From: Eubacteriales bacterium | Lineage (GTDB): Bacteria > Bacillota > Clostridia > Oscillospirales > CAG-272 | DNA length: 54,403 nt | Direction of reading: 5' to 3' | Assembly: GCA_045659745.1 (NCBI GenBank) | Contig: JAZRCL010000094.1 | Span: 1 to 54,403, forward strand | Shown: positions 45,967 to 52,108 of the stretch, piece by piece | Numbering within the stretch: position 1 is the first letter of the stretch | Layout of the letters: every line of letters begins with the position of its first letter | The notes under the pieces: model-generated | Told to the model about the DNA's origin: nothing | What the model saw: the letters and a program-made list of their open reading frames with translations, nothing else | Database searches by the model: none | Translations under genes and position numbers: made by a program

Positions 45967-48585
45967 TTATTCAGTCTTCTTGTACTCCTGAGTAAGGTCG
46001 TTGTTGTTGGATGCAACGAATTCTGTCCATTCAGCGTCGGTGTATTCAACTACCATGTATCTGATACCGCCGAAGCCCATGAATGTGTTGTAGTTCTTAG
46101 AGAACTGAGAGAACTTAGCGCCGAGGAAGGAGCCGGAGTAGTCACCGATAAGCATTACGGAACGGCACTCCTTAAGAGCTACCTCTTCAAGAGCGGAGAG
46201 GATTGTAAGTCTTGCGTCAGCGGGAGCGAAACCTGCATCCCAGTTGTATGTCTTTTCCTGCTTCTGCTCTGTTGCAAGACCGTTGAGGCAGAAGTACCAG
46301 TTCTGAACGCTCATTGTGATTGTCTGGCCTGCGCCCTCGTAGTCACCAGCGGGAAGGGTGATGGTGAGATCTACAGCGGAGGTATCCCAGTATGCGTGAT
46401 AGTTAAGGCTATCATCGGGATTTACGAATGCGCCAATGATGTCGAAGGGGTTGAAGGGGTTACCGGAGAAACCGTAACCGAAACCGATCTGTGTATCGCC
46501 GTTTCTGAATGCGTCGGACCAGCCTGCGCCTGCAGATGCGTCAAATACGAGGTCGATCTTACCCTCGAGAGCTGTACCTGTGGTGAGCTCATCGAGAACG
46601 CCCTGGAGATAATCGCAACGGAATCTCTGCTTAGCGTTGTCAACGGAAGAACCGTAAACGATTGTGATGTTCTTGGAAGCGTCGTAGCCGTAGTACTCGG
46701 GATCAGCAAGAAGGATCTCAATAGCCTTCTTCATCTTCTCCTTTGCGAGATTGGGGTTATAACCTGTGAGTGCGTCGTAAGCATCCTCTGTGGTGAGGTT
46801 TGTAAGTGTACCGCTGGACCACTTGCCGTCTGCGTTCTGAACGAAGCCGTAAGCGCGGAGGAGACCTTCCTTAGCCTCAGTTGTGTTACGGTATACACCG
46901 CCGTCCTCGAGGTTGGGAGAGTTCTCGATGTCGTAGTAGTACTCGGAGTTAACCATACCGAGACAAGGAGTTGCTGTACCGGGCCAGATCTTCTCTATGA
47001 TATCGCTTCTGTTAAGAGCGAGGTTGAATGCGTGTCTGAATTCCTGGATTGCAAGGATACCGTTGTTGTTGCCGCTACCCTTAAGTGTAGGAAGGTTGCT
47101 GTAAAGCTGCATACCGAACGTACCTGTGGAAGGAACGTAGTTTACGTACTTAGAGTACATGTACTCAGCAATGTTCTCTGTTGCGAGAGAGGAATCGTCG
47201 TAAGTACCGTTAAGGAAGCCCATCCACTGTGTAGCGAATTCCTCTACCTTACGGCAGTTGATAGCTGTAATGTTGTACTGGTTCTTGTACTGCTCCATGT
47301 TCCAACCGTACCAGTTGTCATTCTTAGCGAGTCTGTAGTGAGAGCCTGCCTCGAACTCAACGAGCTTGTAGGGACCCCAGCTTGCTGTGGTCTCGAGAGA
47401 GGAGTTGTACTTGGATGTCCAGAGAGTTGCACCTTCTGCGGGCTCTACTCTAGCAGCATCATACTTAGCCTTGTGTACAAGGGGAAGGCTTGCCATGTAG
47501 TAAGCAGCCTGGTAGGAAAGTGTTTCGCCGTCTTCCATAAGAAGAGCGTATGCCTTATCAAGGCAAACTACGATTGCGTTCTCCTCGTCGATGGAGTAGA
47601 TACCAACCTCTTCCCACTTAACGTCACGGATCTTGTTTTCAACGTAGATTGCAACGGATGTCTCATAAGCGCATCCTACGTCGAGGTAAGCTGCACCGTA
47701 AGTATCAATGATCCACTGACCTGTAAGGCCGTTGTCATATTCTGTTCCGTTTACGAAGTCCTCGGGTGTAGCGTAAGGTGTATTGTCAACCTTGATCCAC
47801 TCAGGCATAGGATTGCCCTCTGCGTCTACGAATGTCTCGAGACCGCTGAAGAGGTCTGTGGGCTTAACGTAAAGTGTTTCACCAGCTGCGATAGCTGCTG
47901 CGTTGTTTGCATAGCCAAGGCTTGCAACGGGCTCGTAGGTACCTTCCTGATTCTGGAAGTAGTAGCCTCTGGAGTTCTTGATTCTGAGGGTATCGTAGAA
48001 TGTGTTACCACGGTAGTTCATAAACTTGGGGTCGAGCTGCTGCTGCATGGACCATACGAAGTCAGCTGCCTTGATGGGTGTGCCATCGTCCCACTTAAGA
48101 TCGTCACGAAGAGTGATCTTCCAAGCGTAGCCGCCCTCTGCCTTCTGAGCAGCGGTGTAGCCCCACTTAGCATCTACGATAGAGGTAACGTCCTCAAGCT
48201 TTGTAGCTGCGGAGTAGTTTGTTGTGTAAGCGCCAACAACGATACCAGCCTTATTGATGGAACCGTCTTCGTTGTACTTCTTGTCGTTCTCGAACTTGTA
48301 GTCGTAGTCGAAGAAGGAAGAGCCGATGTAGCTCATGATCTGAGTATCATTGTTATCCTGATATGTCAGTTCATTCCAGTTACTGGGCATTGTTGTGGTG
48401 GTGGTGTTGTATTCAGCCTTCTTGAAAACAGCAGGTACGATAACGGGACCGTCGGGACCGTTAGGACCGGGGGTCTGAGAACCGGTGGGGTTTGTAGTTG
48501 TATTAGGTGTACAACCGATAACCATCATACCAACTATTACCAAACACAAAGCCATCACGAGCATTGATTTGATGTTCTTTTTCAT
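45967..48585 (-). CDS. oppA: Oligopeptide-binding lipoprotein OppA (family 5 SBP), unusually large (872 aa)
   Basis: Signal peptide with lipobox MKKNIKSMLVMALCLVIVGMMVIGC, then a Thr/Pro/Gly linker and an SBP_bac_5-like core (KITLRDDLKWDDGTPIKAADFVWS). The ATG at 48585 has GGAGG upstream; the track start at 48627 is upstream of the RBS. Confidence 0.85.
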   Translation of the reverse strand: MKKNIKSMLVMALCLVIVGMMVIGCTPNTTTNPTGSQTPGPNGPDGPVIVPAVFKKAEYNTTTTTMPSNWNELTYQDNNDTQIMSYIGSSFFDYDYKFENDKKYNEDGSINKAGIVVGAYTTNYSAATKLEDVTSIVDAKWGYTAAQKAEGGYAWKITLRDDLKWDDGTPIKAADFVWSMQQQLDPKFMNYRGNTFYDTLRIKNSRGYYFQNQEGTYEPVASLGYANNAAAIAAGETLYVKPTDLFSGLETFVDAEGNPMPEWIKVDNTPYATPEDFVNGTEYDNGLTGQWIIDTYGAAYLDVGCAYETSVAIYVENKIRDVKWEEVGIYSIDEENAIVVCLDKAYALLMEDGETLSYQAAYYMASLPLVHKAKYDAARVEPAEGATLWTSKYNSSLETTASWGPYKLVEFEAGSHYRLAKNDNWYGWNMEQYKNQYNITAINCRKVEEFATQWMGFLNGTYDDSSLATENIAEYMYSKYVNYVPSTGTFGMQLYSNLPTLKGSGNNNGILAIQEFRHAFNLALNRSDIIEKIWPGTATPCLGMVNSEYYYDIENSPNLEDGGVYRNTTEAKEGLLRAYGFVQNADGKWSSGTLTNLTTEDAYDALTGYNPNLAKEKMKKAIEILLADPEYYGYDASKNITIVYGSSVDNAKQRFRCDYLQGVLDELTTGTALEGKIDLVFDASAGAGWSDAFRNGDTQIGFGYGFSGNPFNPFDIIGAFVNPDDSLNYHAYWDTSAVDLTITLPAGDYEGAGQTITMSVQNWYFCLNGLATEQKQEKTYNWDAGFAPADARLTILSALEEVALKECRSVMLIGDYSGSFLGAKFSQFSKNYNTFMGFGGIRYMVVEYTDAEWTEFVASNNNDLTQEYKKTE

Positions 48586-48720
48586 AATATGTGTCCTCCA
48601 TTTATGAATTGAGTATTGCTTCATCACACGCAGAATTTCTTTTACATTGAATGTGATTTTCCCTCAACAAAATCGCATTCAATATAAAACAAAATACTGT
48701 GTGAGTATATGAATGAAACT

Positions 48721-48749
48721 ATTTTACCACATAAAATTTCATTTGTCAA
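48721..48749 (-). promoter_or_regulatory. Sigma-A promoter of the opp operon
   Basis: Minus strand TTGACA (48749-48744), 17 nt, TGgTAAAAT (-10 at 48726-48721). This gives a leader of ~125 nt. Confidence 0.7.
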
Positions 48750-49395
48750 CTACTTTATTGAGGAAAATGAAAGTTTTATTTGAAAATATATAAAAAATTT
48801 ATTTATTTTAAGGTTTTAGAGCAATATTTAACACAAAAAATCACAAATTTGAATGATTGAACGTTCAAACTTGCATTTTTTGCCCTTTCAGCCAAATAAT
48901 TGAAGGTCAAAACGTCTCATTCTGCAATTTTGAATAGATTAGCAAATCAAACATAAAAACTGCATTTTTTATAACTTAGCTCGCCGCCACTATTAATTTA
49001 GATAGAATACTTCCCCGTCACTCAAAGTTTAGTGTACCCCACTTCGAAACGTGCAGACTTAAAATTTCCTTCCTATTGATAATATATATTATTATATTGC
49101 CCTCTGATTTTGTGATTATTATCAACAAATCAACATTTTCTCCAATTGCACCTCCTTCCTATTGTTATATATGATTTCCCTCACTCAAGCAGATTTAACA
49201 GTGAAACGTCAGGATTTTCACGACAATGTTTTTATTATTCTATGTTATATGCAGAAAATGTGTTAAAAAAGAATAATTATTCATTTTTGTGTTTTTCCTC
49301 GCACATATGATTTAAGGGTGGCGGCAAGGACTCAACCGTCACCCAAGAGCGCTTCTCCGGATACTTGAAAGGCTGATGTAATAATTTATAAAAAC

Positions 49396-49419
49396 AAAAG
49401 CACCCCGAGGGGTGCTTTT
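49396..49419 (-). terminator. Terminator copy 4 of the AAAAGCACCCCGAGGGGTGCTTTT element
   Basis: Identical core, 80 nt after the stop at 49500. Confidence 0.8.
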
Positions 49420-49499
49420 GTTTTTGCACGGTTGATGGGAAAGAACTATTATAAAACAGTTAAACACAACCGTTTATGTATTGTAATCGTAGCCTTGCG

Positions 49500-49799
49500 T
49501 TAATACCAATTTCCGAAAAGCAGATAACACAATACGAACAACATCCCACAAAAAGCGAGATGAACAAGATTAAAGATAATTCTTTGATATATAGGCCTTC
49601 GAGGTCTTGTCGGCAACCAACAAATAGCAGTTATCGCAAACGGCGAGAACCATAAGCTTAACCTATAAAATACAATAAGGATAATTCCGAGCATAATGTT
49701 TCCGGTTTGGCCGCACGCCCAGAGGCACAAAGCCCAAAAAATATTGATGCTGTACACCAGGCCGAACAATATCGATTTGATTATTTTGAGCGCTTTCAT
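49500..49799 (-). CDS. Small 3-TM membrane protein, unknown function (cassette gene 3)
   Basis: 99 aa and almost entirely hydrophobic (three helices), with its own promoter and an AAAGGA RBS. Confidence 0.55.
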   Translation of the reverse strand: MKALKIIKSILFGLVYSINIFWALCLWACGQTGNIMLGIILIVFYRLSLWFSPFAITAICWLPTRPRRPIYQRIIFNLVHLAFCGMLFVLCYLLFGNWY

Positions 49800-49838
49800 G
49801 CTTTTATCCTTTCTGCGATTTAGATTTATAGTGTCTTT

Positions 49839-49867
49839 ATTATATCATAAAAGGAATGGAGAGTCAA
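49839..49867 (-). promoter_or_regulatory. Promoter module copy C (diverged)
   Basis: Minus strand TTGACT, 17 nt, TATAAT. The flanks are related to the modules at 50417-50472 and 51171-51226. Confidence 0.6.
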
Positions 49868-49896
49868 GCGTTTATTAAAACACCGTGGGGCGCATT

Positions 49897-50409
49897 CTAT
49901 ATGCCTTTATACTCATACATTTTGGCAGAATAGAGTAATTTGATGAGCCTCTTCGTTTTATAATGAATGATATAGAACGCATCTCCTTGCGAGGCAAGTT
50001 GAAATGTCGTGTGTTCAACAGAAAATTCCTCGAAATCATCAAAATGAAGATATTCCTCTATGTGCCGATGAACGATCTTTTCACTTTTATATTGTACGTT
50101 ACGGATAACAATATCAAAATCTCCGTTTTCAAGTAGCTTTCTTTCTGTCAAACTACCACGCAGGCGCAATAGATTGATCCAAATCGGTGCACTTGTAATT
50201 GCGCCAATGATAACAGATAAAACTATTTTAAGTAAAATATTTTCTATCAGCGCGCAGATAGCATAAACAATGCCAATGGTGAGCGGTAAGAACAAAAGCG
50301 ATAAAACTCCGCATAAAACGAGAGTAGAGCGGATATCTGCGGTGTTGTAAAAACGAAGCTCCTTCTCCACCCACTCGCGTGTGATGATATTTTTTGTTTG
50401 CTTTTCCAT
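49897..50409 (-). CDS. 2-TM membrane protein with ~80-aa C-terminal soluble domain, unknown function (cassette gene 2)
   Basis: 170 aa, two adjacent hydrophobic helices (res ~30-85). I recognise no motif. Preceded by the promoter/5'UTR module. Confidence 0.55.
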   Translation of the reverse strand: MEKQTKNIITREWVEKELRFYNTADIRSTLVLCGVLSLLFLPLTIGIVYAICALIENILLKIVLSVIIGAITSAPIWINLLRLRGSLTERKLLENGDFDIVIRNVQYKSEKIVHRHIEEYLHFDDFEEFSVEHTTFQLASQGDAFYIIHYKTKRLIKLLYSAKMYEYKGI

Positions 50410-50416
50410 TTCTTGT

Positions 50417-50472
50417 CCACCGCCTTTCTGAATTTATTATACAATAAAAGCGATTGCAAGTCAAGTTTGTTT
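50417..50472 (-). repeat. 56-nt promoter/5'UTR module, copy A (identical to 51171-51226)
   Basis: CCACCGCCTTTCTGAATTTATTATACAATAAAAGCGATTGCAAGTCAAGTTTGTTT. It contains the minus-strand TTGACT-17-TATAAT (50464-50436) and the AGGCGGTGG RBS. Confidence 0.9.
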
Positions 50473-50505
50473 ATTAAAACGCCGTTTTTCGTGGCTTTGA
50501 TATTT

Positions 50506-51165
50506 TTATTCCTCCCACGGTGGATTTAGATGTGTAATTCCAATGCGCTTGAATTCCACCGTCACCTCGCCGTAGTTATATTCATAAATAAACTTAAAAC
50601 TGCCAAATCCACGTTTAAAATATATGTCCTTATCCTTATACTGCCAAAGGAATAGCTTGCCTTTCACACGCGTATAATTGCTTCGATCAAACATATCAAC
50701 AGAAAGCAGGGTGTCCGTACCCCCATCATCATAAGTTTCTTGCCATTCTTCGGTTGCTTTATCGTATTTATGCAGTATACCGTTAATCGTCTTGTAATAA
50801 TCTAAATCTTCCTTTTCTGCAGGATAGCCGGATCCTAAAGCAAAAGCGTCCTCGTCTGTATAAATTATCAGTGTCTGGACTTTATATATGCGATTCGAAT
50901 AGGACTTAACAATGACTTTTATCACGCAATGTTTTGCAAATAACAGGCTAAGGTTCAGTTTATATATAGGATGTACGCAAACCGCATACAAAAAATAGAG
51001 AACGATAACTACGAGCAAGACAATAGCCAATACTCTCACGATGGGACTACGGGTGATAGGTCTCTTGACGCGAACGGGGGCATCTACATCGGGTCGTTTA
51101 AAAGAAGAGTCCCACGGGTTATCCACTCGGTTAGCTCTTGCCTCGTATGGATCGAAATCTCGCAT
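50506..51165 (-). CDS. Single-pass membrane protein with ~150-aa extracytoplasmic domain, unknown function (cassette gene 1)
   Basis: Start set at the ATG at 51165 (MRDFDPYEA), directly after the RBS of module copy B. The 38 upstream codons of the track ORF read through the promoter module. TM is VLAIVLLVVIVLYFLYAVCV. Confidence 0.55.
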   Translation of the reverse strand: MRDFDPYEARANRVDNPWDSSFKRPDVDAPVRVKRPITRSPIVRVLAIVLLVVIVLYFLYAVCVHPIYKLNLSLLFAKHCVIKVIVKSYSNRIYKVQTLIIYTDEDAFALGSGYPAEKEDLDYYKTINGILHKYDKATEEWQETYDDGGTDTLLSVDMFDRSNYTRVKGKLFLWQYKDKDIYFKRGFGSFKFIYEYNYGEVTVEFKRIGITHLNPPWEE

Positions 51166-51170
51166 ATTAT

Positions 51171-51226
51171 CCACCGCCTTTCTGAATTTATTATACAATA
51201 AAAGCGATTGCAAGTCAAGTTTGTTT
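51171..51226 (-). repeat. 56-nt promoter/5'UTR module, copy B
   Basis: Perfect copy of 50417-50472, with promoter TTGACT-17-TATAAT at 51218-51190 (minus strand). Confidence 0.9.
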
Positions 51227-51311
51227 TTCAAAACACCGTAGGGGCGCATTCTATATGCGCCCACAAACAAGTATATCAAAACGGGTGGATATGGAATCCG
51301 CCACTACAATG

Positions 51312-51365
51312 AACGCGGGCGTTTTATGTGTATCAGTTCAAGTGACCGATCGTCATCTCCAACGC
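51312..51365. repeat. 54-nt repeat unit 1 (related to the inverted tRNA-Cys-like 3' end)
   Basis: AACGCGGGCGTTTTATGTGTATCAGTTCAAGTGACCGATCGTCATCTCCAACGC. It matches unit 2 at 47/54 positions, 117 nt away. Confidence 0.85.
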
Positions 51366-51388
51366 AAAAAGGACGCCTATTGGCGTCC
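51366..51388 (-). terminator. Terminator-like hairpin between the repeat units
   Basis: GGACGCC / GGCGTCC stem with a 4-nt loop; T5 follows on the minus strand. Confidence 0.6.
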
Positions 51389-51428
51389 TATCGGTTCAAC
51401 TGACTCCGGATTTTGAACCCTTACATAA

Positions 51429-51482
51429 AACGCGAGCGTTTTATGTGTATCATTTCAAATTGCCAATCGTCACCTCCAACGC
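51429..51482. repeat. 54-nt repeat unit 2
   Basis: AACGCGAGCGTTTTATGTGTATCATTTCAAATTGCCAATCGTCACCTCCAACGC. Its last 23 nt are a near-perfect inverted copy of the tRNA-Cys-like 3' end plus trailer. Confidence 0.85.
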
Positions 51483-51505
51483 AAAAACGCACCCATTTGG
51501 GTGCG
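51483..51505 (-). terminator. Terminator after the tRNA-Cys-like gene
   Basis: CGCACCC / GGGTGCG stem with a 4-nt loop; T5 follows on the minus strand, 8 nt after the encoded CCA. Confidence 0.75.
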
Positions 51506-51512
51506 TTTGCGT

Positions 51513-51587
51513 TGGAGGTGTCGATCGGATTTGGACCGATGGATAACGGTGTTGCAGACCGGGGCCTTACCACTTGGCTACGTCACC
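51513..51587 (-). tRNA. tRNA-Cys(GCA)-like, atypical (possible pseudogene)
   Basis: Minus strand GGTGACGTAGCCAAGTGGTAAGGCCCCGGTCTGCAACACCGTTATCCATCGGTCCAAATCCGATCGACACCTCCA. It folds as a cloverleaf with the Cys-type D-arm, a CTGCAAC anticodon loop and encoded CCA. The T-loop is TCCAAAT (C at position 55), and A5:A68 and C27:U43 are mismatched. Confidence 0.6.
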
Positions 51588-51600
51588 AAATATAAAAAAA

Positions 51601-51676
51601 TGGAGCGGATTACGGGGCTCGAACCCGCCACCTTCGCCTTGGCAAGGCGACGCTCTACCAAATGAGCTAAATCCGC
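51601..51676 (-). tRNA. tRNA-Gly(GCC)
   Basis: GCGGATTTAGCTCATTTGGTAGAGCGTCGCCTTGCCAAGGCGAAGGTGGCGGGTTCGAGCCCCGTAATCCGCTCCA. Canonical cloverleaf, anticodon loop TTGCCAA, CCA encoded. Confidence 0.9.
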
Positions 51677-51679
51677 AAA

Positions 51680-51756
51680 TGGCGACCCGAAGGGGACTCG
51701 AACCCCTGACCTCTAGCGTGACAGGCTAGCGTTCTAACCAACTGAACTACCGGGCC
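51680..51756 (-). tRNA. tRNA-Asp(GTC)
   Basis: GGCCCGGTAGTTCAGTTGGTTAGAACGCTAGCCTGTCACGCTAGAGGTCAGGGGTTCGAGTCCCCTTCGGGTCGCCA, with anticodon loop CTGTCAC. Confidence 0.92.
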
Positions 51757-51880
51757 TTAATTTGACGCAAAGCGTCAAATTGGACTAGTTTGTGCGAAGC
51801 ACAAACTGCCTATTGTATGCTCTCATTTTGCTACGCAAAATGGGCTTTGGTTTATCCCTCTATTGAGAGTTAAACTTAAA

Positions 51881-51956
51881 TGGTGGAAACAATAGGGCTC
51901 GAACCTATGACCCTCTGCTTGTAAGGCAGATGCTCTCCCAACTGAGCTATGCTTCC
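51881..51956 (-). tRNA. tRNA-Val(TAC)
   Basis: GGAAGCATAGCTCAGTTGGGAGAGCATCTGCCTTACAAGCAGAGGGTCATAGGTTCGAGCCCTATTGTTTCCACCA, with anticodon loop CTTACAA. Confidence 0.92.
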
Positions 51957-51989
51957 ATAATCGCGCGGCTTCTGCCTTGCGACTCGTCT

Positions 51990-52018
51990 ATTATATCACA
52001 GACGAAATTGTTTGTCAA
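51990..52018 (-). promoter_or_regulatory. Sigma-A promoter of the tRNA operon
   Basis: Minus strand TTGACA, 17 nt, TGaTATAAT. The -10 ends 33 nt upstream of the tRNA-Val 5' end. Confidence 0.75.
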
Positions 52019-52108
52019 TACCTTTTTTGAAAAAATTTTTATTTTTTATCCAATATAAAATATATGCAAAAAAGGCATTCTCCGCAAACGAAAAACACCT
52101 TTTTTATA

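Noticed and set aside
46396-48567. 723-aa ORF on the plus strand, antisense to oppA. Similar long antisense ORFs occur at 40633-42318, 39666-40628, 20384-21805, 16689-17981, 18000-18950, 23268-24161, 32389-33132, 33412-34053, 11663-12286, 13666-14292 and 3401-4081.
   Set aside because: Each lies entirely inside a gene on the other strand that has strong family motifs. Their translations are low-complexity (Val/Cys/Leu/Ser-rich) with no motifs and no RBS. They are the usual stop-codon-poor antisense frames.
48857-48868. The TTGAACGTTCAA palindrome as a CcpA cre site.
   Set aside because: cre sites have the 14-nt TGWAANCGNTNWCA layout. This palindrome is a 6+6 arrangement lacking the central spacing. 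It is kept only as an unassigned operator candidate.
49100-49165. Micro-ORFs behind the RBS-like CAATAGGAAGGAGG (minus strand; e.g. TTG-GAG-AAA-ATG-TTG-ATT-TGT-TGA, 7 codons) as leader peptides.
   Set aside because: They are too short, have no downstream gene to regulate for ~500 nt, and the second repeat copy has no ORF at all.
49308-49345. AAGGGTGGCGGCAAGG resembles the T-box motif AGGGTGGTACCGCG, and a terminator follows ~60 nt later, suggesting a T-box riboswitch.
   Set aside because: The match breaks down after GGGTGG. No Stem I/specifier structure can be drawn upstream. No plus-strand gene follows the terminator, and the terminator is better explained as ending the minus-strand gene at 49500-49799.
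51166-51279. N-terminal extension of the 257-aa track ORF. Similar upstream extensions occur at 11258-11347, 36893-36976, 48586-48627, 3403-3447 and 25438-25470.
   Set aside because: The extensions read through promoter -10/-35 boxes, terminators or neighbouring genes. In each case an internal start with a proper RBS exists.
51290-51482. Plus-strand repeat units ending in ...TCCA looked like plus-strand tRNA genes convergent with the tRNA operon.
   Set aside because: No complementary 5' acceptor strand (GGTGACG/GATGACG) exists at the right distance on the plus strand. The would-be anticodon arm is an 11-bp hairpin and the T-stem does not pair, so only the 3' third is tRNA-like.
48700-51600. 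Looked for an integrase, transposase, toxin or phage genes that would define the AT-rich/tRNA-adjacent region as a mobile island or defence locus.
   Set aside because: None of the ORFs in the interval has any recombinase, nuclease, ATPase or toxin motif. The island idea rests only on repeats, AT-richness and tRNA adjacency, so it is reported as a hypothesis rather than a mobile_element feature.
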